Below are positions 11,148-22,814 of a DNA stretch of 64,000 nucleotides, piece after piece. Both the position numbers and the translations under genes were made by a program. Under the pieces are notes generated by a model that searched no databases, had not been told where the DNA came from, and worked only from the letters and a program-made list of their open reading frames with translations. How positions within the stretch are numbered: the first letter of the stretch is position 1; the number at the start of each line of letters is the position of its first letter. The DNA comes from Tubulanus polymorphus (taxonomy: Eukaryota > Animalia > Nemertea). Location of the stretch: positions 18,389,101-18,453,100 of the forward strand of contig NC_134025.1 in assembly GCF_964204645.1 (NCBI RefSeq). Reading direction: 5' to 3'.

Positions 11148-14100
11148 GATTGTAAAATAGGGATTGTCCCCATTATTTATTTATTTGGCTGGTAAATTTT
11201 GTTTGATTTTTCGATTGAGTGTCCCTTACAGACCCACCACGTCTGCCGGGAGCGAAACAGGGGGTTTGATTTTGAAATCGGAAATCGAAGTACAGATATA
11301 GATGTGTGATCGGCGGTCAATTAACAGAATATTTTAAAATCGAAGTACATAATTGGAAATTCGGTTCCGGTTCATCCAAACAATCTTCCATTCAGTCTGA
11401 ACCGGCAAGCGACTGATTGGGATGAATTTTTCTGGCTGCCTAATTTAATACAATGAGATTCTGGAAATAGCTATATTACAAGTTCATTTTGTCCATTTTT
11501 ATATTTTTTGGTCGTTTTCTACGTGTAAATAGTCCGATAGTTTATATTGTGGTTTTTTTTTCTCGGGTAGATGTTGATGTAGAAGTCTTCTAAGTTGATG
11601 ATCCCGCGTGTTGACTAGATAGGAAGAAAGCACATTTCCAAACGCAAATTTTCCAGATGAGAGTATGGCCCTGGGGTATCCGAAGTGTAGTTGTATGACA
11701 TCGACGGTGCAGCTCCAATGAGGATGGGTTTCTCCGTCAAGGGGTGCGCAGTTGGTACTTCACATCTGGTGCTGAATTTGCCTAAAAGTATAAGTTTTAC
11801 ACTGGGAGCAGTTATGTGTTTCTAATATACAGTGAGTTAGGTCCGTGAATGTATCGCAATCAAACGGACAGTGCTATGCGTATTGATAGACCGTCAGTAA
11901 GAAAGCGGCACAGACACGTGAATATTGAATACATGTTTGTACACTTACATATATACAGTCTTGATCGGGTTTTATTTACATCGTCACGATTAGGTTTTTG
12001 GTAGCTTTTAATGAGACTGATGTCAAGAGGCAACTTTCCAGTCACCATTGCGCGTAGATAGACTGAGCTTGCTATCCTAAGGTCACAAACGGAGGCAGCG
12101 TTCCAGCTATCGTGGCAATGAGACTGAGTTTACAGTCAAAACATCAGAAACAGTAAACTAATAAACTAATGCGTATGTGATGATATAGAGCAAAAGTGGT
12201 CAGACAGTTCTATGCGTATTGATAGACCGTCATCCCTGTTCGATCTAAATCAGAACATACCTCAAGTGTCAAAGTCGGGATATGTAGGTGTAAGTAATAA
12301 AAAAGGCGTTGGGTTTAATTAATAGACTACGCTAATGGTGTCGATTGTGATTCTGTTTACTACGTTCAGTCCGTTTGCATCCAGGTGTATAAGTACATTG
12401 TTAAGAGTCCAAATATGAAGGTTTTGTTGAAGCATGATTTCTTGGTTTAGGCGATCTATTAGCGAGTTTTTGAAATAAATTATAGTGTTCATGCGGCCAG
12501 AGCCTTGTTCTAAATTGTAGTGATTTTTGTACAAAATGGATTGTGCGAGAAACAAAAGGTAGTTCGCGAGTGTGCGTTTGAAGAAATCTCTTTCTATTGT
12601 TTTAGTAATTCCTGTGTAGACGATGTCTTGAGTGATATTTATTGGTGTGTCTAGTATGCGTTGAATGATTGGTTGTATAGATGAATATAATTGCTGTGCT
12701 TCTGTGCATGAGAATACTACATGGTCATTCGTTGCCGCGCGTCCACAAATTTTACAATTTGGATCAGTTTTTATTTTCCAAAGTACTAGTTTTGAAGCTG
12801 TTGCCAGAGTATTATGCAGTAATTTCCAATGAATATCACTAAATCGTCTCAATATGTTTATTATAAACTTCATTCCAAATTTCCGGCCAGTTCAGATCAG
12901 CATTTAACATTTCAGTAATTTTGGTTTGCCCTATCGGTGTGATTTGATGGAGATTTTTTAATAATAGAATTCGATAAATTTGAGATGATAAAAGTTTTCC
13001 TATAGTACACACTATATTACCAAATTGTACATAGATTTTTGGTAATTCATCGGGATCTAAATTTTGGTCAGACAGAATTAGTTTCCAATGTTGCGGTTTC
13101 GCATTGTTTATACATGTGTGTTTAAATTTATTTGTTAATGGAATTTCGTTAAATGCTTTGTAGTTTTCACGATTATCGAATAGATGTCGTAGATTGATTA
13201 TACCGTGATGTATGTATTCCGTGAAATTGGTTTTCTTGTTGAGCTTAATTTTTGGGTTGCCAAAAATAGGTTTTTGCAGAATTTCGGTAATGGTCTCAGT
13301 TGTAACTAGATGTTGTTGAAAAACTGTCCATGATTTTAATGTCTGTAGTAGTCATTTGTTATGACTTTTTGGGTATTTCATTGTGAATGATGTTTGAAAT
13401 ATTCCAGCCTGGGCCTAGATATTTTTGCAGATTGTAGTTGATAAGTGGTTTCCAGTGTGTTGGTTTTAGAGCGTGGTTTATTATCGTCTTAATTGCCTGT
13501 GTTTGTTGTCTGTATTTAATGTTGTGTAAGTCGAGACCTCCGTGTTCGATTTTTTTATGTATTATGTCTTTACTGACAAGGCGTTTTCCATTATCCCATA
13601 GGAAATTGATGATTTTTGGTTCAAAGATTTTGATATATTTATCTGGAATTGGAAAAATCTCGGAAGTGTACCATAATATAGGTAGTATAAAAGAGTTTAT
13701 GACAACCTTTTTGCCATGTAAAGATAATTTAGTTTGGCGCCAAAGATTTTTATGATATTTTGAATTTTATTTATTTTCGGATTCCAGTTTAAATCATCAG
13801 TATTTTCATTGCCGAAATGAATTCCATAAATTTTCATTGATTTCTTCCAATTTAAGTCTAACGGTTTATCGTTTCTAGCTTTCCAAGATCCTATCCACAT
13901 ACACTCAGTTTTATCTTTATTAATTTTTGCACCTGATGCTCTTTCAAACAGAGTTAAGGTTGTAAGGACTTGATTCAATGATTCTAAGTCGGTTAGACAT
14001 AATGTAGTGTCATCTGCAAATTGTTTGATTTTAATTTCTGCGTCATCTGGTAGTTTTACTCCTTTGATATTGTTGTTTTCGCGTATTTTAATTGCTAATG

Positions 14101-16472
14101 GTTCCGCTGCTATTATGTAGAGTATTGCGCTCATGGGACATCCCTGTCTTACGCCTCTTTCTAAGGTGAAGGGTTTAGTTAAGAAGCCGTTACTTTTAAT
14201 TCTGGATTTTGGATTTGAATAGCAAGTCTTGATGTACCGAATTAGATTTTCTCCAAAACCGAAAGATTCTAAAGTTTTAAACATATATAGCCAGTCAACA
14301 CGATCAAAAGCTTTCATTTGATCGATGGTCACTAAAAATGCTTCTAAATTATCATTATTAACGTAATCAATTAAGTCTCTTATGATATGACCATTGTCTT
14401 GAATTCGACGTCCCTTTACGCTACATGTCTGGTCTGGGTGTATTATGTCTGTTAGACAGTTAATTAATCTGTTAGCGAGAACTTTTGTGAATATTTTGTA
14501 ATCTGTACATAGTAATGAGATTGGTCTCCAATTTTTCAAGTCTGTTTTGTCATTTTTCCTATGAATTAATGAAATAATACAAGTTTGCATTGATTTAGAA
14601 AGTCTATTTTCTTGTATACACGCATGTACTAATTGTAGAAAGTCATTTTGGAGAGTATGCCAAAATATTCTATAAAATTCAATAGGTAGTCCGTCTATAC
14701 CAGGGGATTTATTATTTTGGAAAGATTTGACTGAATTTGTTAATTCATCGATATCTATTACGGAGTCATGCTGGAGTTTCTTTTGATTAGAAATTTTAGG
14801 TAGATTACTCAGGAATAGATTTTGGGTTTCTAAATCCGTTTCTTCTTTTCTATATAAGTCTTTATAAAATTTTAGTTGAATTTTTTCAATGTCTTTTTGA
14901 CCAGTTTTAATTTCACCCAGATTATTTTTGAGAGTCCTGATGTGATTCTTTTTAGCGCGTTGTTTTTCATAATTTGCAAAGAAGGTACTTGTTTACTCCC
15001 CAAATTCTCTCCACTCAATTTTAGATCTTATCATTGCACTTTTTGCTTTTTCAATGTCGAAGTCACGAATACGCTTGGTAAGATATTCAATTTGATTTTG
15101 GTTAGTGTTTACTCCTAAATCAGAAAGTTTTTCGAGAATGAATAATTCAGATTCTAATGATTTCTTAAGATTGTTTTTAATTCTGCGGAGTTCTAATGCA
15201 AATTTTATAGATCTTTGTTTTATTTGAATTTTGCCCTCTTCCCACCATTCAATAATCGATTCATAAAACTGTTTGTGATTTTGCCATTGATTCCAAAATC
15301 ATAGTGATGTAATTAGGGTTTTTAAGTAGTTCTTTGTTGAGATGCCAGTATCCCTTGCCACGTTTGACTTGAGAAGTGTTAATTGTCAATTCGACGATCT
15401 TGTGATCGGAATGAATAGAGTTGACGTGTTTCACCTGTTCTATGTCTGATTGTAAAGTGTCTGACACATAGAATCGATCTCTTCTTGTTTTAATGACGTT
15501 GTTATTGCATTTTGCTACTCGAGAGAAAGCTGGTGTGTCTGGGTTTTTAAGTCTGTAAGCGTCTGTTAATCTGTTTTGTTGACATAAATTAGCTAATTGT
15601 TCTGAACCACTACGTATTGATGAATTGACGGATGTTGAATCACGATCTATGGGACTTTCTATACAATTAAAGTCTCCGGCTATTATTGTATGCTCATTAG
15701 GGTTTATATTTAGATAATTACTGATATTGCTTATGAAGATTTTCCTATCACGTTCCTTATTTGGGGCATATATGTTAACGATATTGTAAATTTGGCTGAA
15801 TAGGGATATTTTCTAGGATATCAATCTCCCTTGTCTATCTACAGTCTTATCTAAAATTGTATAGTCTAAAGATTTTCGAATACCAATGGTTACCCCACAT
15901 TTTCTTTCGTTTATAATATTAGATATAATTTCAAAATCTTTCCTCAAGGGCTTAAATATTTTTTAAACTTCATAGTCATTCGATATGTGAGTTTCTTGAA
16001 GTAAAATGATATCATAGTTTTTAAGTCTTTCAAAAATGCCAAAAATTCGAGCATTCGAGTAAACTAAGCCGTTGCAATTTAGTGATAGTAATCTAATACG
16101 TTCTAACACGTCCGCCATTTTATGTCTCATTTGCCTACATTAGTAAAACGTTATGAATACCTCACCTTAAGTAGTTTTTTTGGTCTTTGATTTAGTTCCA
16201 TTCTTTGTTTGATTCCTTTTCTGCATTCGGACTGGTGCTGGTGGTGCAGTGCTTGGTTTTGTTGTTTTTGCAGCAACTTCGCACGTATCGTCCGTGTCAC
16301 TTTCTTCGTGTTCGTTTTCTGTTGGTTTCTGTACATCGAGTATTAGTGAGCTTTCTCCTTCCGAGGGCGGCTTTGATTTTTGTGATTTTTTCGGAGTTTG
16401 TACCAGTTCAGTTGGGGAGGGTGGCCTCTTCCTCGACTCCTCAGTGACAACATCCACTTCTGTCGTCGCTTC
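11148..16472 (-). mobile_element. 5'-truncated L1/Tx1-clade non-LTR retrotransposon
   Basis: 12-bp TSD attgttggtttt (11136-11147, 16473-16484); AATAAA near the 3' end; ORF1 tail at 16130-16472; ORF2 with endonuclease and RT; ~1.2-kb 3' UTR. Confidence 0.93.
12319..16118 (-). pseudogene. LINE ORF2: APE endonuclease, reverse transcriptase, C-terminal CCHC-type zinc motif
   Basis: SLNCNGL..LLQETH, AGDFNC, HSDH; NWRPISLLCTDYK, DQMKAFDRVD, GVRQGCPMS, QFADD; CKICGRAATNDHVVFSC; several frameshifts. Confidence 0.92.
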
Positions 16473-16604
16473 ATTGTTGGTTTTATATTGAAATCTGCAG
16501 GAAACATTATTAACTTTGCTGCTGAACATATTATTTTATTTTTAATTACAGTTGTAAGTGCAATTATTTTTGGGTTAGTGAATATGATAAAAAATAAATA
16601 ATTA

Positions 16605-16624
16605 ATTTTTTTGTTAAATAAATG
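16605..16624 (+). promoter_or_regulatory. T-run + TAAATG start motif (structural-gene class; MCP example)
   Basis: tttttttgttaaaTAAATG; the same T6-N6-8-TAAATG pattern precedes ATGs at 6882, 7239, 7486, 7927, 8376, 9688 and most copy C homologs. Confidence 0.6.
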
Positions 16625-17868
16625 AGTGGAAGTTACATAACTCCTTCTAAGAATCATAGAATATCTAATGCTATTAAAGCAGAAAGATCACATCATATAA
16701 TTACTCAGAACCCTTCTAATATTAATCCCGATGAAACTTTATATGTTAGAATCCCTAGATTAACACAAAATACTTTTGATGTTCCAAATAGTATTTATTT
16801 ATTAGCTGATATAAAAGTAACCGGTAATAATAATAATTATGTTGTTGATAATTTTGGAAGATATTTGATTAAAAAATTAATTGTAAAGATTGGAACAGAA
16901 ACAGTTTTCTCATTAGATGAATATAATTTATTTATGCATTATAAAGATTTATGGTTAACTAAAGAAAATAGAAATAATATGATATTTCCAGGAATCCAAT
17001 CAGAAAACCAAAATAAATTAAGATCAGAAGCTCATAGCGCAATATTAACTAATGCTATAGATAAATTGATAAAAAGTATATATGGAAGCAAATATAAAAT
17101 TCCATTAGACTTTGAATTGATAAATAATAATGCACCTTTATATAAATACGCAATTCAAGAAGATGTTATATTCGAAATAACATTTGCTCCTGTTAATGAA
17201 ATTGTAATATCTAGCGTTAATAAAGATATGGGTTATAAATTATCGAATATATGTTTAGAATATGATACAGTAACTGATGAAAATATTTCAAGTATAATTC
17301 AAACTCAATACAATCAAGGATTTTCATTATTATATGATTATATTGATAAATTTAAAACTGTCACTATTAATGCAAGTGATGAAATAATTAATGAGAATAT
17401 TAACTTCCCAAGAAGATCTATTAAAGGTATATTAATATTTTTTACCATTGCAACATATACTAATGGCGCAATAAATGTTGATAATTATTATAATCCTGAA
17501 ATAACAAAAGTAGAAATAACTATCGAAGGAATAGCAAATAAAATATTTTGTCAAGGAATGAGAATGAAAGATCAATGGCCAGAAATGAGAAAACATTTTA
17601 TGAATGAAAAAGTAAATCATCTGAAAATTGTAATATTAATCAAATTGATTAATATACCGGTAATAAATACGCATTATGGTTAGATTTTAGAACAACAGAG
17701 GATAATTCATTACATGGTTCTGGGAAAAAACTACAGAACACTAAAGATGGAATACAATTATTCATGACAAAGAAAAGAGGAGACAAAAATTTCAAAATGC
17801 ACATTTATATTATATCTGACGCACAATTAAATATTGTAAATTCTCAATTAAATAGTATTATGTATTAA
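16622..17868 (+). CDS. Major capsid protein (double jelly roll), one frameshift near the C-terminus (copy A)
   Basis: ~415 codons, beta-rich; NPSNINPDETLYVRIPRL, VVDNFGRYLIKKL, YALWLDFRTTEDNSLHGSG; position and size fit a Polinton MCP. Confidence 0.8.
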
Positions 17869-17917
17869 GTGTTATGAAATATTAAAATTTTAACTTTAAT
17901 AAAAAATCTTATATTAA

Positions 17918-19012
17918 ATGGAAGGTGGAATATATGAAATACAAACTCCAAGTGAAATGATATCAGATATATATTATATATTACCTTATGATGAATACAT
18001 TAAGTATTTCGGAGAATACTTTAATCAATTCATATATAGAATAAGTAAAATAAAAGATAATATTGAAACTAAAATGGAAAATAACATTGAATCTAAAATA
18101 GAAGATAAGAATGATATTGAATATAAAATAGAAGATAATATTGAAACTAAAATAGAAGATAGTAATAATATTGAAACAAAAAAAGAATATAATGTTGAAC
18201 CTAAAATAGAAGATAATATTGAACCTAAAATACAAGATAATATTGAATCTAAAATAGAAGATATAATTAGATGTATGTATTGTGAAGAAGATTTTGATAA
18301 TAATAATGATCATTTATTGCACATCAAAAAAGATGAACATATTTTACAATTAGTAAAAACATATGCTATTATATATAAAGATAAATGCAAAGAAGACCAA
18401 AATTATTGTGCCTTCTGTAATGGATGTATATCAGAGCCTAATTGGGCAAAACATTATAAATTAAAAACAAAAGGTGGAAATGATTCAGCCCATGCAATAA
18501 AGGTATCTAAGTCTTGGTGTGGAAAATGTAAAGAATATGTAATATATGACAAACAATTGAATCATAAATACTCAATTAAACATATAGGTACAGATAATGT
18601 AATAGAAAATCCATTAATTAAAAACCCGAAATTTAATAAAATGAATATATTAGATTATCGGTGGTATAGAAAAACATTTATAGATTATTTCTCGAGTAAT
18701 GATATAGTTAGCATATTGAAACAGTTAGATAACTTTAAACCAAATGTAACTTATGCAATGAACGTATTTGAACTTAAATATGATGATTTTAGAGAATTTT
18801 TAAATAAACATCCATCTAAAAATGAAATCGAAAATTATATTCCAAAAATATTTTCAAGAGAAACATTTGATAAATTTAAGCTCAGGAATCATTTAGGACC
18901 TATGCCAATATCAATACAAAGGAATATATGGTTAGAATATAATAAGCTTAAAGAAAAATATGAAAATGAAAAAGATTTATTTCTATTTACATATTCATGG
19001 ATGAGTGGATGA
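17918..19012 (+). CDS. Variable-slot protein with 8-aa repeats and C2H2-like zinc fingers (364 aa)
   Basis: (IE.KIEDN)n from a 24-bp repeat; CMYC..HIKKDEH, CAFC..HY, CGKC..HKYSIKH. Confidence 0.75.
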   Translation: MEGGIYEIQTPSEMISDIYYILPYDEYIKYFGEYFNQFIYRISKIKDNIETKMENNIESKIEDKNDIEYKIEDNIETKIEDSNNIETKKEYNVEPKIEDNIEPKIQDNIESKIEDIIRCMYCEEDFDNNNDHLLHIKKDEHILQLVKTYAIIYKDKCKEDQNYCAFCNGCISEPNWAKHYKLKTKGGNDSAHAIKVSKSWCGKCKEYVIYDKQLNHKYSIKHIGTDNVIENPLIKNPKFNKMNILDYRWYRKTFIDYFSSNDIVSILKQLDNFKPNVTYAMNVFELKYDDFREFLNKHPSKNEIENYIPKIFSRETFDKFKLRNHLGPMPISIQRNIWLEYNKLKEKYENEKDLFLFTYSWMSG

Positions 19013-19328
19013 GTTGGATGAATTGGATGAGTGGATGAGTGGATGAGAACGGATGAGTGTAATAATATATATATTTTACTTTTTAACACATGAATTGGAA
19101 GAATATTATGAGTGTAAATATAATATTTGTATTCTATATTAAATTTAACACAATAAATATATATATATATATGTTATTAAAATAATATTCAAATATTGTA
19201 TAAAATTGATAATATAACTTAAAATCAAACTCTTAAATATATGTTAATTATATATTATTACACTCGTCCATTCATCCATTCATCCAATTCAGCATTCATC
19301 CAATTCATCCACTCATCCACTCACACAC
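18997..19328. repeat. Inverted repeat of (TGGATGA[G/AT]) arrays at the convergence of the two gene blocks
   Basis: tggatgagtggatgagttggatgaattggatg..gagtgtaataatatat versus atatattattacactcgtccattcatccattcatccaattc. Confidence 0.8.
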
Positions 19329-19361
19329 ATTCAAAATTCTATAATATTTCAAATTAGGATT

Positions 19362-19973
19362 TTATTTTATAAATTTATATTTATATGGAAATTGTAGTCT
19401 CAGTAATAATTTTGAACCTTTATTATTCTTTAATTTATTCATATGTTCAACATGTAATTCAGTAGGTATAATATGATTTTCTTCCAATGATTGTTGCATA
19501 GATTTTCTATCTTTGTTATAAAATAAAACTAGAAATCTTATATTCTCCCTAAAGTCTTTAACAATTGAATTATATTTTTGATTTAAAACCCATGTTGTTA
19601 TCCCAAAATGTCTCCCAGAAAAGGCTAGGTAACATAACTCACTTTCTCTAACTTTTGAATGATGTAAATTTGCGCAATCATCTATAATGAATAATGTATT
19701 TGATCCTTTATAAATATCAATTGCTATTTTTATACAATTATCTAAATTTTCTTTTACTGTTTTAGGATCTAATATAATAAACTTTTTTATTTTAACTATA
19801 TCTCTATTATATGTTTTATTCATTTCATAAGTAGGACAGAATAATATTATTTTATCAAAACGATTCTTATAAATAGTTTCTAACAAATCTAATATGAAAT
19901 GTGTTTTACCACAGTTTGTTACCCCAGTTATTAACATATTATGCGTTTCAAATATAAATAAATCTTTATTCAT
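19362..19973 (-). CDS. A32/FtsK-HerA DNA packaging ATPase (copy A)
   Basis: Walker A GVTNCGKT, Walker B FIIDD, SGRHFGITTWVLNQ. Confidence 0.92.
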   Translation of the reverse strand: MNKDLFIFETHNMLITGVTNCGKTHFILDLLETIYKNRFDKIILFCPTYEMNKTYNRDIVKIKKFIILDPKTVKENLDNCIKIAIDIYKGSNTLFIIDDCANLHHSKVRESELCYLAFSGRHFGITTWVLNQKYNSIVKDFRENIRFLVLFYNKDRKSMQQSLEENHIIPTELHVEHMNKLKNNKGSKLLLRLQFPYKYKFIK

Positions 19974-21057
19974 TTATTCTTTTAATTTTACTAGATAAAA
20001 TCCATTCATTAAATTTATCATCATATCCTTTATATTTCACCAAAGAATACTTTTTTCCTTTAAGAGTTTTCGTTTTCAATACTTTTTCTATTTTGTATTC
20101 TATTTCATCTGGATTTGGTACAAGTGATAATTCTTGTTCATAGAAATAACCTAATATTTCTTCATCTTTTATATCTTCTAGTTTATAAACAAATGGTTTA
20201 GTTAATAGTATCTTTTTAATTTTAAATATTTCTTCAGTAAAATTTGGGGTATAACCTTTATAAAATGTTTTTCTATATTTAGATATTCTAACGTGTTGTC
20301 CTATTTTAAATTTAGGTTCACCGAAATCATGTGTAACAAATGCTCCATATAAATTATTCCAAACTATTTCCGAATTATCTTCTTTTCTAGCTTGTATAGG
20401 TTTCATATTTATAGAACTATGTTTAGAATTATTATAACCTTTCACTAAATCATCTAACACATCGATATATTTATATGTTTTATTAGCAGTAAAATATTTC
20501 CACATTCTAGTTTTCGATGTTATATTAAATCTTTCTATAATAGATGCTTTTTTATCTGAGTGTGTTGAAAAATAATCTACATCGTTATCAGATAATAGTT
20601 TTTTAAAATTTTTATTATAAAATTCCTTACCTTCATCAAATTGTATCTGATCTGGAATAGCTTCTTTAAATATTGATTTAAAAGCATTTGTCACTTCTAT
20701 TCCAGTTTTATTTTTGATTGGAATTGACCATGCGTATCTACTGAATATGTCTATAACATTTAATATCCAAAAATATCCTTTGTTATATTCCTCTAAGTTC
20801 CTCATGTCAATTAAATCAGCTTGCCATTGTTGATCGATATATGAAACCATAACTTTTCTGGTTAAATAATTTTTATCCATTTTCTTATGGATTTGATATG
20901 TTGGTTGATTTTGTAACCATGATTTTAATTCACTATATTTTATATTACCATTTTCTTTATCAGATTTAATTTTATCCCATAATTCTGTAACGCTAGAATA
21001 TGATACTTCACTTTCTGGGTTATAATATAACTCTCTTAAATATTGTTCTTTTTTCAT
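19966..21057 (-). CDS. Retroviral-like (rve) integrase with C-terminal chromodomain, intact (copy A)
   Basis: WQADLIDM, IQFDEGKEF, KASIIERFN (D-D-E); YKIEKVLKTK..YSLVKYKGYDDKFNEWI chromodomain. Confidence 0.95.
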   Translation of the reverse strand: MKKEQYLRELYYNPESEVSYSSVTELWDKIKSDKENGNIKYSELKSWLQNQPTYQIHKKMDKNYLTRKVMVSYIDQQWQADLIDMRNLEEYNKGYFWILNVIDIFSRYAWSIPIKNKTGIEVTNAFKSIFKEAIPDQIQFDEGKEFYNKNFKKLLSDNDVDYFSTHSDKKASIIERFNITSKTRMWKYFTANKTYKYIDVLDDLVKGYNNSKHSSINMKPIQARKEDNSEIVWNNLYGAFVTHDFGEPKFKIGQHVRISKYRKTFYKGYTPNFTEEIFKIKKILLTKPFVYKLEDIKDEEILGYFYEQELSLVPNPDEIEYKIEKVLKTKTLKGKKYSLVKYKGYDDKFNEWILSSKIKRINE

Positions 21058-21111
21058 CTTATTTTAATCCATTAATAATAATTTAGATTTAGTTTCAATG
21101 ACTTTATGATT

Positions 21112-21432
21112 TTATTTATTTTCTGGTATAATAGGTTTATTATCATTGGAATCATCTTTATCATCAGATTTGAATTTTGATTTATATGTTACACCGGATA
21201 ATATAATAATTGTGAATAACCCAATTTTAATATATAAGTAATTATTTCTTCCACTACTAGAAGAATCAGATGGATTATTATTTGAATCAATATCAGATAA
21301 AGTCTGTGACTCATTTATATCAGTTAATTTCTTTTTCTTAGCTTTTTTTAATTCTGCAGATCTTTTACCCAACTCGTTTGCCCACTGTATTTGTTTTTCA
21401 GATCTGGCCTTTTTCTTAACATCATCACTCAT
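21112..21432 (-). CDS. Small basic single-TM Polinton protein
   Basis: Basic N-terminus (ARSEKQIQW..KKAKKKK), TM YLYIKIGLFTIIILSGVTY; homologs at ~37010-37340 and 59241-59591. Confidence 0.7.
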   Translation of the reverse strand: MSDDVKKKARSEKQIQWANELGKRSAELKKAKKKKLTDINESQTLSDIDSNNNPSDSSSSGRNNYLYIKIGLFTIIILSGVTYKSKFKSDDKDDSNDNKPIIPENK

Positions 21433-22033
21433 TTATTTTAGTTAATTTTTGTTCTGGTTCATTTTCTGTTTCACCGTTTGGTTGTAGTACAGCGTCATCT
21501 GTTTCGTTCTTACCTGATTTATATTCCATAGGCTTGATATTCGAAAATGTTATGACACCAATAGAAATTAATGTCATAACCGATCCTAATTGAAATGAAG
21601 CGTAACCAACCCATTTTTGTAATTCAGTCATAACTAAGTAGTCATTTTTCAAATCACTATATAATTTATTTTCATCATCAATTGATATTAACCGGTTACA
21701 TAACTTAGAGTAACATTTTATAATACCATCTGAAATAGAATCATTTATTCTAGCTAATCTTGACTCTTCATAAATCTTAAAATATTTTATTACTTTATCT
21801 GGTTTCATAGAATCTAATTCTTGAAAAGTTATTATTTTCCCGATAAACTGATTACATTTACCACTAGCAATTAATAATTCTAGATGGTGCTTACAATATA
21901 AGTAGTATTCATAATCAATATTACAATTAATATTATTTTCAATTTTGGTTGGAATATCCTTATTATCACTAATACCTAAATCATCTAATGTTTTTTCAAT
22001 GCTAGTATTATTCTTACTCGATTTCTTTGACAT
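21425..22033 (-). CDS. Conserved Polinton protein (MSKKSS.., ~200 aa) with C-terminal hydrophobic segment
   Basis: Intact ORF; homologs at 37339-37935 and 59584-60199, and split around copy C. Confidence 0.78.
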   Translation of the reverse strand: MSKKSSKNNTSIEKTLDDLGISDNKDIPTKIENNINCNIDYEYYLYCKHHLELLIASGKCNQFIGKIITFQELDSMKPDKVIKYFKIYEESRLARINDSISDGIIKCYSKLCNRLISIDDENKLYSDLKNDYLVMTELQKWVGYASFQLGSVMTLISIGVITFSNIKPMEYKSGKNETDDAVLQPNGETENEPEQKLTKINE

Positions 22034-22439
22034 TTATATAGGAGAAAAAAGCAAGAAAAATATTATAAGTATTTTAAAATGATACTAGATAGTTAAAGTT
22101 AAAGAATTATAGTATTGACTACTGATACTAGCTATTTGAATTTAAAGAATTTCTATTTGAATCTATTCAAAATATAAAGTATTCTCTTTTTGAAAAGAAA
22201 ATATTAAAAATATAATAGAATTCACTGGTTAGTTGAAGTTATTGTTTTTTTTGATATTTTTATTTAAATAAGGATTCAATATCTCTATTGTCTATCTATA
22301 GGAGCGGTAACTATAACTATTCAGATAAGTCATTTCGGATTCTCGATAATAAATACTCAAACTGAAAATAAATTCAAAGAAACGACTGGTGGAATTACTA
22401 TTTCATAAACACATATATTTATTATGTAAATTTTAGCGA

Positions 22440-22790
22440 TCGATAATAGAACAATGGAGAACAATAGAAAAGCGGTCCAACCGGACCGGTTATTGCGCAA
22501 TACTTAGTAATATTTTTATTCTGTAAACTACAACATTCAAACATAGAACTGTAACCAATCAATATTGAGCAGCTGTTCCCATCAACAACGATCGATAATA
22601 GAACAACGGAGAACAATAGAAAAGCGGTCCAACCGGACCGGTTATTGCGCAATACTTAGTTAACAGTAAACAATCAATACAGAACAACCGCCGCCATTAA
22701 CAACGATCCATAATAGAACAATGGAGAACAATAGAAAAGCGGTCCAATTGGACCGGTTATTGCGCAATATTTAGTTAACAGTAAACAATA
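22440..22790. repeat. Three-copy array of palindrome-containing units (copy A)
   Basis: agaacaatagaaaagcggtccaaccggaccggttattgcgcaatacttagt at ~22457, ~22610 and ~22725. Confidence 0.85.
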
Positions 22791-22814
22791 CAATATTAAA
22801 ACAGATATATACAA

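Larger units (their letters stand above)
9688..16601 (+). pseudogene. Large acidic/coiled-coil/multi-TM Polinton protein interrupted by a LINE
   Basis: ORFs 9688-10251 and 10260-11147; the C-terminus (IVGFILKSAGNIINFAAEHIILFLITVVSAIIFGLV) resumes at 16473; contiguous in copy C (53780-55189). Confidence 0.8.

Noticed and set aside
10225-11173. Minus-strand ORFs 10225-10536, 10397-10756, 10802-11173 and similar antisense ORFs over pPolB, MCP and RT genes
   Set aside because: Shadow frames of real genes, with no motifs or start signals.
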